Source of the DNA: an uncultured delta proteobacterium
GTDB lineage: Bacteria; Myxococcota; Kuafuiibacteriia; Kuafuiibacteriales; Kuafuiibacteriaceae
Direction of reading: 5' to 3'
Assembly: GCA_963803435.1 (NCBI GenBank)
Contig: CAWDML010000001.1
Coordinates: forward strand, 1,120,001-1,184,000
DNA length: 64,000 bases
Shown: in pieces, positions 1-10,227 of the stretch
Position numbering within the stretch: the first letter of the stretch is position 1
Layout of the letters: each line of letters opens with the position of its first letter
The notes under the pieces: generated by a model
Database searches by the model: none
What the model saw: only the letters and a program-made list of their open reading frames with translations
What the model was told of the DNA's origin: nothing
Translations under genes and position numbers: made by a program

Positions 1-1241
1 TGGAGCAGCTCTGCAGCCGCTACCCGAAGGACATCGAGCTGGCCGTGCAGCACGCCTCCGCGCTCGGCGAGACCGGCCGGATCGACGACGCGGTGACCGC
101 GTGGAAGCGCGTCTCCGCCCACCTCGAGGTGCTCGGGATCGACTTCGTGCCGATGCTCAAGAAGGCCGCCGAGATCGCGGCCGAGCGCGCCGACGTCGGC
201 GTCGACCTGGCGGAGGTGCTCCTCATCGCACGGCACCCGCGCGATGCGCTCGCGGTGCTCGTCCCCTTCTACGAGAAGTTCCCCGACGACATCGGCGTGC
301 TGGGAGCGCTCGTCCGTGCGCTCGAGCAGCTGGGCGCGATCGACAAGGTGATCCCGGCGCGCATCGAGCTCATCAAGACCCGCGTCAAGCGCGGTCATCG
401 CGAGCTCGCGTTCCAGGAGGTGTCGCGGCTGATGGAGGTGGCGCCCGACGACCCGCTCGCCCTCGAGGTGTCCGCTCACACGTTCGGTGCCTTCGGCTTT
501 CGCGGTGACGCCAGCGCGCTGTGGCGGAGGCTCGCCAAGCTTCACGAGCGGCTGGGCCGCGTCGCGGAGCGCAACCGAGCGATCCTCATGCTCCTCAAGA
601 TCAACCCCGACGATCCGGAAGCGCTTGCGCTGGGAGCACGCTGGCTCTCCGAGGCCGGTCACGAGCGGGAGGCGTCGGCCCTGCGGCTGCGGTTGAACGA
701 GATCGTACAGGTCCAGGATCAAGCCGGATCGCTTCCGGCCGTGGAGCCGGGGGACTTCCAGACCGACACCGACGTTCCGGCCCTGTCGACCGCCGCCGAC
801 GTCGTGGTCTCGGACGACTACTCCCTGTCGGACGTCTTCGCCGCCGAGTATCCCTCCGACGTCTTCGCGCCGGACGATTTCTCGAGCCCGGACGAGGAGC
901 CGCTCCCGATCGCGATGAACCCCTATGCGCAGGACCTCGACGTCGAGCTCCCGACGCGGATCGCGGAGCCGCTGGCCGAGATGCGCCCGAGCGCCGAGTA
1001 TGCGCTCCCCGAGGAGCGCATGAGCGAGGCCGAGGAGACCACCTCGAGGATGGAGATGGCCAGCGAGCTCGCCCGCCTGCGGCGGTCCTTCGAGGAGGAC
1101 GAGGCCACCAAGCTCGATCTGGTCAAGGACGACGATCCCACCCTTCCACCACCGGACGACTTCGACGAGTTCACCTCCAAGACGCGATCGCGGCTGATCA
1201 GCGATCTCTTGCACGAGAGCGGCCAGAACGAGGACCTATGA
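1..1241 (+). CDS. TPR-repeat protein with acidic C-terminal region (5' partial)
   Basis: Frame is open from the window edge (EQLCSRYPKDIELAVQH...). It has helical TPR-like repeats ('LLKINPDDPEAL', 'LMEVAPDDPLAL') and a D/E-rich tail. Confidence 0.7.
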   Translation, partial: EQLCSRYPKDIELAVQHASALGETGRIDDAVTAWKRVSAHLEVLGIDFVPMLKKAAEIAAERADVGVDLAEVLLIARHPRDALAVLVPFYEKFPDDIGVLGALVRALEQLGAIDKVIPARIELIKTRVKRGHRELAFQEVSRLMEVAPDDPLALEVSAHTFGAFGFRGDASALWRRLAKLHERLGRVAERNRAILMLLKINPDDPEALALGARWLSEAGHEREASALRLRLNEIVQVQDQAGSLPAVEPGDFQTDTDVPALSTAADVVVSDDYSLSDVFAAEYPSDVFAPDDFSSPDEEPLPIAMNPYAQDLDVELPTRIAEPLAEMRPSAEYALPEERMSEAEETTSRMEMASELARLRRSFEEDEATKLDLVKDDDPTLPPPDDFDEFTSKTRSRLISDLLHESGQNEDL

Positions 1242-2338
1242 CGGCCGGCACGGCTTGCGCCGAGCGGGCGGCCTCCCATAATGGAGTGGCCGTGATCCGA
1301 GCCTCCGTCAGCGGGATCGTCGGCGCGCTGGCGCTGTTCGGCGCGCTGACCGCTTGGGCCGACGCACCGGCCGGCTACATCCAGTTCAAGGCCGACCCGG
1401 GGGCGCGGATCGAGATCGACGGCCGTTTCGCCGGCGTCACCTCCGGTCGGGACGGCCTCATCGCCCGCAACATCGCGCCAGGCCCGCGCCGCTTCGCCGC
1501 CCACCGCGAGGGCTTCGTCTCCCAGTTCGGAGTGGTGATGGTCGAGGCGGACGCCGTCACCGTCGAGAAGCTCGAGGCCTGGCAGCCCACCATCCAGGTC
1601 GAGGTGGCGGGCGAACGCGGGGTCGGCACCTTGATCGTCGAGACAATCCCGGCCGACTCCAGCATCCAAGCCCGACGTCTCGGGTGGAAGGAGAAGGTGG
1701 AGAAGAGAGAAGGTCCGTTCATCGCGCGAGAGCTTCCCGCCGGAAAGCACAAGTTCACGTTCTGCACCGACTTCAAGTGCATCGACTACTGGGTACACAT
1801 CCCCCGCGCGAGCGTGCGAAAGCTCCTGATCGACTTCGAGCCCGGCCACATCTTCGACGTCTCCCGGGAGTTCCTGGCCGACTGGAAGGACGCGAGCGAC
1901 ACCTGCGCGCGCGAGCACGATCTCGCCGCCTGCAAGCTAGCCTGCGAGACGGACAGCGCGATCGAGCCCGCTCGACCGTCGTCCTCCTGTTCGGCGCTGG
2001 GCGGCGCTCCGCCCACCGAGGACCCAACCGTCAAGGCCTCCAGGACGGTGGTCATCCCGCGAAGCCAGGACGGCGAGAGCGGGGCCTCAGTCGCCTCCTT
2101 CACGCCGCCGCCCGCCTGTGACGTCGACGAGGAGGGCTCGGCGTTCCTCTCGGTCTCCAGCCGCGAGACCGTCGAGGTGCTGCTGGGAGACCAGTCGATC
2201 GGGAGCACGCCGATCGTGCACCGCGCCATCCCGGCCGGCTGCCACCAGCTGATCGCCGTCACCCAGGACGGCCACCGCCACCCGGTCTCGATCCGCATCG
2301 AGGCGAACGCCGACCGGCGCATCAAGCTGACGTTCTGA
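1238..2338 (+). CDS. secreted PEGA-domain protein
   Basis: ATGA overlap with the upstream stop; alternative GTG at 1292 follows GGAG. Signal peptide ends AWA-DA; PEGA-like units 'ADPGARIEIDG', 'GTLIVETIP', 'VEVLLGDQSIGSTPI'. Confidence 0.7.
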   Translation: MTAGTACAERAASHNGVAVIRASVSGIVGALALFGALTAWADAPAGYIQFKADPGARIEIDGRFAGVTSGRDGLIARNIAPGPRRFAAHREGFVSQFGVVMVEADAVTVEKLEAWQPTIQVEVAGERGVGTLIVETIPADSSIQARRLGWKEKVEKREGPFIARELPAGKHKFTFCTDFKCIDYWVHIPRASVRKLLIDFEPGHIFDVSREFLADWKDASDTCAREHDLAACKLACETDSAIEPARPSSSCSALGGAPPTEDPTVKASRTVVIPRSQDGESGASVASFTPPPACDVDEEGSAFLSVSSRETVEVLLGDQSIGSTPIVHRAIPAGCHQLIAVTQDGHRHPVSIRIEANADRRIKLTF

Positions 2339-3205
2339 GTGCTCTGGTCCCTCCTCCTCTCGACCGCCCTCCCGCAGGTCTCGGTGGACTGGTCGGAGGT
2401 CCCCGACGCGGTGATTGCGCGCTGCGATCTCTCGGGGCTCGAGACCATGGTCCTTCAAGGGATGGTCGACGAGGGTTACGCGGTGGTCCGGGAGGTCCCG
2501 CCCGACGGCATCGCGCTGACGATCCGCGCTGACGACACGCGCTTCGAGATCGAGGGCCGCCGGGGTGAGCGCCGATCCCAGGTGGTCGTCCCCATCCCGC
2601 GGCCGTGCGACGCGACCATCCAGATCGAGATCCTCTCGCGCATGCACGAGGTGAGCGACGCGCTCGGCGTCGAGACGGCCCTTCCGCCCGCCGGCACCTC
2701 CACGGCCACCGAGCGCGAGCCCCCGGTGAGCGCCGCCCCGGCCGATTGGAGGATCTCCGCTGGGGTGGGCGCCGTGCTCCCGAGCGCCACCGGAATGTTT
2801 GCGATCCGGGCCGGCGTGCGCCGCCGCATCGTGGACGCCTGGTCCGCAGGTCTGGTCCTGGAGGGGAGCGTCCGTCCCGCCCGGGGCGTCACCGTGTTCG
2901 AGCCGGTCGTCGCGGCGCAGGCCGTGCTCGAGCTCTGGTCGTCCCGCTCCGGCATCGCGGTCCTCGCGGGGGTCGAGGCCGGGCTGCTGGCGCATCTGTT
3001 CTCCCGCGAGGGCGCGCGCGGCGGGCACCTCGACGGCCGCTTCGGGCTGATCCTCGAGGGTCGCCTCCCGGTCCTCGGGGCGACCCTCCTGGTCCTTCCG
3101 TATCTGCGCCTGCGTCCGGTCCGACAGGACGTCGGGCCCGACACGGTGTTCGAGGCCCACCACTTCGGCGTGGTGATTGCGCTGTCGATGTCGATCGATC
3201 TGTGA
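2339..3205 (+). CDS. hypothetical exported protein with C-terminal beta-strand (OM barrel-like) region
   Basis: GTG start abuts the previous stop; hydrophobic N-terminus; alternating amphipathic strands in the C-terminal half. Confidence 0.55.
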   Translation: MLWSLLLSTALPQVSVDWSEVPDAVIARCDLSGLETMVLQGMVDEGYAVVREVPPDGIALTIRADDTRFEIEGRRGERRSQVVVPIPRPCDATIQIEILSRMHEVSDALGVETALPPAGTSTATEREPPVSAAPADWRISAGVGAVLPSATGMFAIRAGVRRRIVDAWSAGLVLEGSVRPARGVTVFEPVVAAQAVLELWSSRSGIAVLAGVEAGLLAHLFSREGARGGHLDGRFGLILEGRLPVLGATLLVLPYLRLRPVRQDVGPDTVFEAHHFGVVIALSMSIDL

Positions 3206-3281
3206 GGCATTTTTCACCGGCCGACGCGCAGTCTCGCGAATTCTCCGTCGTTGCATCCTGCGTGCGCCGACGCTCTAGTCG

Positions 3282-6200
3282 ATGCTCATGCCCCGGCGAC
3301 GGCGATACCGTGCGGAACAGCTCAGCCCGGGACTGACCATGGCGATCGTCGGCTCGGCGGCGGTCATCTTCGCGCTCGGGCTCGCCACACCAACGGGAAT
3401 CGTCGAGTGGGTCCTCTATCTGATTCCGGTGACGCTCGCGATCTTCAGCTGGTCGCCATCGATCCCGCTCCTGGTCGCCGGCACCGTGAGCACCTTGACC
3501 GTCCTCGGCTACTTCCTCTCGCCCTCCGGGCGCTTCCACGACATCAGCGAGATCAACCGAGCGTTCGGCGTCCTGACGTTCTGGGCGGTCGCGTTCGCCG
3601 GCCGCCAATCGATCACAGGCAAGATCGCGGTCCGCAACGAGGAGTGGCTCCGCGCCGGAGAGTCGGGCCTGATGGAGCGATTGCAAGGTAACTTGCGGGT
3701 CGGCGATCTGGCCGAGCGGACGCTCGAGTTCCTGGCGACCTACCTGGAGGCGCCGCTGGGGGCCCTCTACGCAGTCGAGCCGGGGAGCCTGCTCCACCGC
3801 CTCGCCGGATATGCAGCAATCCCGATCGCGTCCTCGGGGCCGGAGCTGATCCAGCCCGGCGAGGGCCTGGTGGGGCAGGCGTTCATGAGCCGCGAGACCC
3901 TGATCGTGCGCGACGTGCCTGGAGGCTATGCCACGGTCAGCTCGGGCCTGGGCGAGCATCGGCCCCTCTGCCTGGTGCTCGTGCCCGCGTCCATCTCGGA
4001 CGCCGTGTACGCCGTGGTCGAGCTGGGCTTCTTCCGGGAGCCGGGCGCGCTCGATCTCGAGCTCCTGCGCCGCGTCGAGGAGTCGGTGGCCGTGGCGCTG
4101 CGCTCGGCCCGCTACCGCGAGCAGGTCCAGAGCCTCCTCGACGAGACCCAGCGGCAGGCCGAGGAGCTTCAGGCTCAGGAGGAGCAGCTGCGCGTCGCCA
4201 ACGAGGAGCTGGAGAACCAGCAGCGGGAGCTCGAAGAGTCGAACCAGAGCCTCGAGAGCCAGGCAGAACGCCTCGAAGAACAGAAGGCTGCGCTCCTGAC
4301 GGCACAGGAGGCCCTGACGGGAAAGGCCGCCGATCTGGCCCGCATCAGCGACTACAAGTCCGAGTTCCTCGCGAACATGTCCCACGAGCTGCGAACACCC
4401 CTCAACAGCTCGCTGATCCTCACCAAGCTCCTCATCGAGAACCGCGAGGGGAATCTCACGGAAGAGCAGGTGCGGTTCGCGCAGACGATCCACAACGCGG
4501 GCAACGATCTTCTGTTCTTGATCAACGACATCCTCGACCTCGCCAAGATCGAAGCCGGCAAGATGACGATGAACTTTCGGGTCGTCACGATCGAGCGACT
4601 CACCCGCTCGATCGCGGACGTCTTCGAGCCGATGGCGACATCCCGCGGGATCGGCTTCTCGATCGACATCGACCCCTCGACACCCGCGGCGCTGGAGACG
4701 GACGAGATCAGGCTCCAGCAGATCCTCAAGAACCTGCTCTCCAACGCGCTGAAGTTCACGGAGAAGGGCAGCGTGAGGTTGAGGACCTGCGCGGACGACG
4801 ACTCGATCTCGTTCGCCGTGAAGGACACCGGGACCGGCATTCCTCGCGAGCAGCAGGCGATGATCTTCGAGGCCTTCCGCCAGCTCGACTCCACCGCGAG
4901 CCGACGGCATGGAGGCACCGGGCTCGGCCTCTCGATCTCACGCGAGCTGGCCGGGCTGCTCGGCGGCGACCTGAGCGTCGAGAGCGCTCCCGGCGCCGGC
5001 AGCACGTTCACGCTCCGGCTCCCCCGCGAGAGCGGCGCTCACCTCTCCCCGCCGTCGCAGAGCCCGCCGAGCCGTCCCGCCGCGGCCTCCCCGCCGCGCC
5101 CCGCCCTGCTGATCGAGGACGACCGGCGCAGCCTCTCGAATCGGGAGCGGCTTCTGCTGGTGATCGAGGACGACCCGGCGTTCGCCCAGATCCTCTTCGA
5201 GCTGGCCCACGATCTCGACTTCCAGTGCGTCGTGGCCGGCACCGCCGACGACGGGCTGGCACTGGCCGAGCGCCTCAGCCCCAGCGGAATCCTTCTCGAC
5301 GTCCGCCTCCCAGACCACTCTGGCCTGCTGGTCCTCGAGCACCTCAAGCGCAACCCGGTGACCCGCCACGTTCCGATCCACGTGGTGTCGGTCGACGACC
5401 ACACGGCGCGGGCGCTCTCGATGGGTGCCGTCGGGTACGTGCGCAAGCCGGTGGAGCGCGAGGGGCTGATCGGTGCCATCAGAAAGCTCGAGCAGACGAT
5501 CGCGCCCGGATCCGCCGGATCTTGATCGTCGAGGACAACCCCCAGCAGCGCGAGAGCGTCGACCTCCTCCTGGCCGGCGACGGCATCGAGACCTTCGGCG
5601 TGGGGACCATCCGTGAGGCGCTGGACGAGCTCCACGCCCGCACGTTCGATTGCGTGGTGATGGATCTGACCTTGGCGGACGGCACCGGCTTCGACCTGCT
5701 CGAGCGCATGGCCGGCGACGACGCCTTCTCCTTCCCCCCGGTCGTCATCTACACGGGCGCCGAGCTGTCGCCGGAGGACGAGCAGCGGCTCCGGCGCTAC
5801 TCCAGCTCGATCATCGTCAAGGGCGCGCGCTCGCCGGAGCGGCTCCTCGACGAGGTGACGCTGTTCCTCCATCAGGTCGAGTCGCAGCTCACGGTCGAAC
5901 GACAGCGCATGCTGCAGAAGGTGCGGGACCGGGAGTCCATCTTCGAGGGCCGGGTCGTCCTGGTCGTCGAGGACGATGTCCGGAACGTCTTCGCGCTCAC
6001 CAGCGTTCTCGAGCCGAAGGGCGCTCAGGTCATGATCGCCCGCAACGGCAAGGAGGCCCTCGAGGCGCTGTCGAAGCGGGCGGAGGTTGCGCTGGTGTTG
6101 ATGGACCTGATGATGCCGGAGATGGACGGCCTGACCGCCATCCGTGAGATCCGCAAGGAGAGCCGCTGGGCGAAGCTCCCGATCATCGCGCTCACGGCCA

Positions 6201-6316
6201 AGGCGATGAAGGACGACCGCGAGAAGTCGCTGGAGGCCGGCGCGAACGACTATCTCGCCAAGCCGATCGACGTGGAGATGCTGCTCTCGCTCCTCCGCGT
6301 GTGGATGCCGAGGTGA
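3282..6316 (+). CDS. membrane hybrid histidine kinase (TM-GAF-coiled coil-HisKA-HATPase-3xREC), split by a 1-nt frameshift near 5505
   Basis: H-box 'FLANMSHELRTPLN', N-box 'NLLSNALKFT', G-boxes 'DTGTGI' and 'GGTGLGL'. REC1 is in ORF 3282-5525; REC2 and REC3 ('ILIVEDN', 'VLVVEDD...LMDLMMPEMDG') are in ORF 5225-6316. Adding one base near 5505 joins them. Confidence 0.9.
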
Positions 6317-6317
6317 G

Positions 6318-7142
6318 ATGAACGGAAGGGACGACCTCGAGCTGGAGCTGCTTCTGACCGCGATCTTCGATCGCTACCACTACGACTTTCGCCGGTACTC
6401 CCGCACCTCGATGAAACGCCGCCTCGCCCAGGCGCTGCCCCGCTACGGGGTGGCGTCGCTCTCCGGGCTGCAGGACCGGGTGCTCCGGGACGAGAGCGTC
6501 TTCACCTCGCTGCTCGCGCACCTGACGGTGCAGGTCACGGACATGTTCCGGGATCCCAGCTACTTCGCGTTTCTCCGCCGCCGGATCATCCCGCTCTTGC
6601 GGACATATCCGTCTCGCAAGCTCTGGGTCGCCGGCTGCAGCACCGGCGAGGAGGCGTACTCGCTGGCGATCATCCTTCGCGAGGAGGGCATCCTCGATCG
6701 GACGTTGATCTACGCCACCGACATCAACACGCGCAGCCTCGCGATCGCCGAGGCCGGCGTCTACACGCTGGAGAGGATCCGCGCCTTCACGGAGAACCAC
6801 CAGCGGACGGGCGCATCGTGTTCGCTCTCCGAGCACTACGCCGCCGCCTACGGTTCGGCGACGTTCGACCGCGCGCTGAAGAAGGCGATCGTGTTCGCCG
6901 ACCACAGCCTCTCGACCGACAGCATCTTTGCCGAGATGCACCTCATCTCCTGCCGCAACGTCCTGATCTACTTCGCACCGGACCTCCAGGATCGAGCGCT
7001 GGAGCTCTTCAGAGGATCGCTGGTGCGCCGTGGCTTCATGGGGCTGGGTGCACGCGAATCGCTCCGCTTCAGCTCGGTGGCGCCCGCGTTCGCCGCGCTG
7101 GACGAGGACGAAAAGTGGTACCAGAAAGGGGAGGACGCTTGA
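6318..7142 (+). CDS. cheR: CheR-type protein-glutamate O-methyltransferase
   Basis: Motifs 'YHYDFRRYS', 'TDMFRDP', 'WVAGCSTGEEAYSLAI', 'ATDIN', 'CRNVLIYF'. Confidence 0.92.
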   Translation: MNGRDDLELELLLTAIFDRYHYDFRRYSRTSMKRRLAQALPRYGVASLSGLQDRVLRDESVFTSLLAHLTVQVTDMFRDPSYFAFLRRRIIPLLRTYPSRKLWVAGCSTGEEAYSLAIILREEGILDRTLIYATDINTRSLAIAEAGVYTLERIRAFTENHQRTGASCSLSEHYAAAYGSATFDRALKKAIVFADHSLSTDSIFAEMHLISCRNVLIYFAPDLQDRALELFRGSLVRRGFMGLGARESLRFSSVAPAFAALDEDEKWYQKGEDA

Positions 7143-7146
7143 GTCT

Positions 7147-8253
7147 ATGAGCCCGCGAGATCGGATCCGTGTTCGCTGTCTGATCGTCGACGACGTCGAG
7201 GACAACCTCATCGCGCTCGCAGCTCTCCTTCGAGGCGACGGTGTGGAGATTCGTTGCGCCCGCTCGGGGCCGGAGGCGCTCGAGCTTCTGCTGGTCGACG
7301 ACTTCGCGCTGGCGATGATCGACGTCCAGATGCCGGGGATGGACGGCTTCGAGCTTGCCGAGCTGATGCGCGGCGCCGACCGGACCAAGCACGTCCCGAT
7401 CATCTTCGTCACTGCGGGGACCGCGGAGCGGAAACGCCTCTTTCGTGGATACGACGCGGGCGCCGTCGACTTCCTGTTCAAGCCGGTCGACGAGCGGATC
7501 CTCGCCCACAAGGCCAACACGTTCTTCGAGCTGTACCGCCAGCGGCAGCTGCTCCAAGAGACGCTGCGCTTCAACGAGATCTTCGTGGCCGCGCTCAGCC
7601 ACGATCTCCGCAACCCCCTCTCCGCGATCGTCACCGGCATCGAGGCGCTGCATCGGATCGTTGAGAACCCGGTGGAGAAGCGCGTCGTCGAGGCGGTGCG
7701 CAACAGCAGCAAGCGCATGGCGGCGATGCTGGATCAGCTCTTCGATCTGGGACGGGCCCGACTCGGCGGCGGGATCCCGCTCAACCGACAGCCGCTGGTG
7801 CTGGCCGACGTCTGCACGGCTCTGGCCCGCGAGCTCGAGACGACGAACGGTGGTCATCGGGTCGAGGTGGATTCGAAGGGAGACACCACGGCCGAGTGCG
7901 ACCCCGAGTACGTGTCGCGCGCGCTCTCCAACCTCATCGCGAACGCGGCGCGCCACGGGAAGCCCGACCATCCGATCGTGGTCTCGATCGACGGCGGCCA
8001 CCCCGATCGGGTGCGCATCGAGGTCTGGAACCAAGGCGCGATCCCCGCCGATCTGATCCCGACGATCTTCGAGCCCTTCAAGAAGGGCCCGGCGGCAAAC
8101 ACCGACGGCCTCGGGCTCGGGCTCTACATCGTGCAGCAGATCGTGATCGAGCACGGCGGCCGGGTCGACGTCGTCTCTTCGCCCGAGGTCGGGACCCGCT
8201 TCACCGTCTCTCTGCCGCGCTCCGGCAGACCTGACCCGGCCCACCCGCGATGA
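7147..8253 (+). CDS. hybrid REC-HisKA-HATPase sensor kinase
   Basis: REC 'LIVDDVEDNL...IDVQMPGMDGFEL'; 'SHDLRNPL'; 'NLIANAARHG'; 'GLGLGLYIV'. Confidence 0.9.
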   Translation: MSPRDRIRVRCLIVDDVEDNLIALAALLRGDGVEIRCARSGPEALELLLVDDFALAMIDVQMPGMDGFELAELMRGADRTKHVPIIFVTAGTAERKRLFRGYDAGAVDFLFKPVDERILAHKANTFFELYRQRQLLQETLRFNEIFVAALSHDLRNPLSAIVTGIEALHRIVENPVEKRVVEAVRNSSKRMAAMLDQLFDLGRARLGGGIPLNRQPLVLADVCTALARELETTNGGHRVEVDSKGDTTAECDPEYVSRALSNLIANAARHGKPDHPIVVSIDGGHPDRVRIEVWNQGAIPADLIPTIFEPFKKGPAANTDGLGLGLYIVQQIVIEHGGRVDVVSSPEVGTRFTVSLPRSGRPDPAHPR

Positions 8254-8256
8254 CCG

Positions 8257-8625
8257 TCATGGGTGGCCCTTCGCCGGCGCACCGCGATACCAGACGCACT
8301 CACCGGCCAGGCAACCGCAGCCATCCCCGTGCGGAAAGCCGCCCTCCGGGGAGTCGCAGGTGGAGTTGACCTGCTCGGCGCTGCAGACCTCCGACGAGCA
8401 CCCGCTCTTCACGCAGGCGCTGTCCGAGGTGCAGTGATTCTCGAAGCTGGTGCCCTCCACCCGATTGTAGAGCGGATCATCCTTGGCCACCGCCGGTGTT
8501 CGGTCGCTCGAGGGCGGCGGGCTCGACGGCGGCGGGCTCGACGGCGGCGGGGTGGACTCCTCGGGCTTCTTGGCGCAGGCCAGGGCGAGGAGAGGCAGGA
8601 GGAGGAGCGGACGCGCGATGCGCAT
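8257..8625 (-). CDS. lipoprotein with eight-cysteine-cluster domain
   Basis: Lipobox LALAC, PPPSS x3 linker, then 8 Cys 'CTSDSACVKSGCSSEVC...TC...CGCLAGECVW'. Confidence 0.75.
   Translation of the reverse strand: MRIARPLLLLPLLALACAKKPEESTPPPSSPPPSSPPPSSDRTPAVAKDDPLYNRVEGTSFENHCTSDSACVKSGCSSEVCSAEQVNSTCDSPEGGFPHGDGCGCLAGECVWYRGAPAKGHP
8505..8552. repeat. 15-bp in-frame tandem repeat (PPPSS x3)
   Basis: gctcgacggcggcgg units in the lipoprotein linker. Confidence 0.7.
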
Positions 8626-8699
8626 GGGCGGCGGAGTGTACCAGGCCGGAGCGGGATGATCGCGCGGCCCGACGGTCGACCGCGACGAGGAAACTGGCG

Positions 8700-9230
8700 A
8701 TGCTCTCGCGCATCGATCGGGAAGACACGAGGTGGCTCGAGGAGGCATACCGCGCGCACTCGGAGCGCGTCTTTCGGATCTGCCTGAAGTTCGGCCTCGG
8801 CGACCGGGAGTGGGCAAAGGATCGCACCCACGAGGTATTTCTCAGGCTGGCCGAGAGGGGGGAAGAGGTCCGGAACCAGGAGGATCTCGGCGGATGGCTC
8901 TATCGCGTCAGCGTCAACGAGTGCTTCATGGCCCTCCGGCGGGCCCGCACCTCGGGACGCGTGCTCGCGCTGCTCGCGCTGGCCTGGGATTGCTCGGAGC
9001 CGCCGCCGGAGGCCCAGGTCCGCGCCCGGCGGGATCTCGACGCGCTGGCCACAGCGCTCGCCGAGCTCCCGCCCAAGCAGCGCGCGGTGATGGTGATGGT
9101 CCACCTCGAGGGCAAGAGCCAGAACGAGGCCGCCGCCCTGCTGTCCCTCTCGAAGGGACAGATCTCCAAGCTCCATACGAAGGCGCTCGCCCAGCTGGCC
9201 CGCCGCGACTGGGAGGTGCCCCATGAGTAG
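8700..9230 (+). CDS. ECF RNA polymerase sigma-70 factor
   Basis: GAGGA RBS; region 2 'AKDRTHEVFLRL...GWLYRVSVNEC'; region 4 'LAELPPKQRAV...EGKSQNEAAALL'. Confidence 0.88.
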   Translation: MLSRIDREDTRWLEEAYRAHSERVFRICLKFGLGDREWAKDRTHEVFLRLAERGEEVRNQEDLGGWLYRVSVNECFMALRRARTSGRVLALLALAWDCSEPPPEAQVRARRDLDALATALAELPPKQRAVMVMVHLEGKSQNEAAALLSLSKGQISKLHTKALAQLARRDWEVPHE

Positions 9231-10143
9231 GCGTCTCGACGAGGGCGCCGCCCGCCTGCGGGGCCAGCTCGAGGCCGGCGCGCGCTCCGAGCTGGAGATC
9301 GAGGAGGGCCGCCGCCATCTCCTGGCGGCCGTCGTCGCTCCGCCGCCGAAGACGCGGGCCCCCTGGTTGATCGCGGCCGCGGCGGTGGCGGCCGCCGTGC
9401 TCCTCTTGCTGCTGCGCCCCGTCGGGCAGGACGAGGCCGGCCTCGTGGTGACAGCGGGCGAGGCGTGCGTGGCGCGCTCCGAGGCCTCGATCCGGATCTC
9501 ACCGTGCGCCGAGGCGGTCGTATTGGCGGCCGGCGTCGAGGCCCCCGATCTGAGGCTCGAGGCCGGGCGGGCCCGGTTCGTGGTGGCGAAGCGGACGCCT
9601 CGGCGGCGGCCGTTCATGATCGCGGTGTCGCACGGATGGATCGTGGTCATCGGAACGCGGTTCACGGTGGAGCAGAACGCCCGCGCAGGCCGGCTCGACG
9701 TCGAGGAGGGCGTCGTGGAGTTCCGCTGGGCCGACGGCGCCCCCTCGGAGCGGCTGACCGCAGGCGCCTCGCTCGAGTGGCCGCGCCCGGCGCCGCCCGC
9801 TCCGCCCCCGCCGCCGGTCGAGCCGCCCGCGCCGCCGCCCGTGACCAAGACGCACATCCAGCGGAGACCGCCGGCGATGACGGCCCACCAGCTCATGCGC
9901 CGGCTGTTCCAGCTCGAGAGCCAGCGCCGCTTCGACGAGGCGATCGCACTGCTCACGGAGGGCAGCACCCGGACCGACTTCACGGAGGTCCAGCGCGAGC
10001 GGCTCTCGTTCGAGCTGAGCACGGTGCTCCGCCAGGCCGGTGATCACGAACGCGCGTGCCGCCAGATGACGGAGCACCTCCGGAGGTTCCCCGCGAGCCC
10101 GCACAAGGCCGAGCTCGAGCGCCTCCTCCACGACTGCCGATGA
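9223..10143 (+). CDS. FecR-domain anti-sigma factor with Pro linker and C-terminal TPR-like helices
   Basis: Overlaps the sigma gene; TM segment; FecR motif 'LRLEAGRARFVV...VVIGTRFTV...LDVEEGVVE'; 'HLRRFPASPH'. Confidence 0.85.
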   Translation: MSRRLDEGAARLRGQLEAGARSELEIEEGRRHLLAAVVAPPPKTRAPWLIAAAAVAAAVLLLLLRPVGQDEAGLVVTAGEACVARSEASIRISPCAEAVVLAAGVEAPDLRLEAGRARFVVAKRTPRRRPFMIAVSHGWIVVIGTRFTVEQNARAGRLDVEEGVVEFRWADGAPSERLTAGASLEWPRPAPPAPPPPPVEPPAPPPVTKTHIQRRPPAMTAHQLMRRLFQLESQRRFDEAIALLTEGSTRTDFTEVQRERLSFELSTVLRQAGDHERACRQMTEHLRRFPASPHKAELERLLHDCR

Positions 10144-10227
10144 TCGCGAGCACACGCTCGGCGATCGACGACCGGCCGAGGAAACTCGCGGCCGCCTCGC
10201 GCATCGTTGGGGGGCGAGGAGGGGATC

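Noticed and set aside
5498-5525. Programmed frameshift or phase variation in the hybrid kinase and other split genes
   Set aside because: There is no slippery heptamer or long homopolymer, and the breaks share a GATC context, so sequencing error is more parsimonious.
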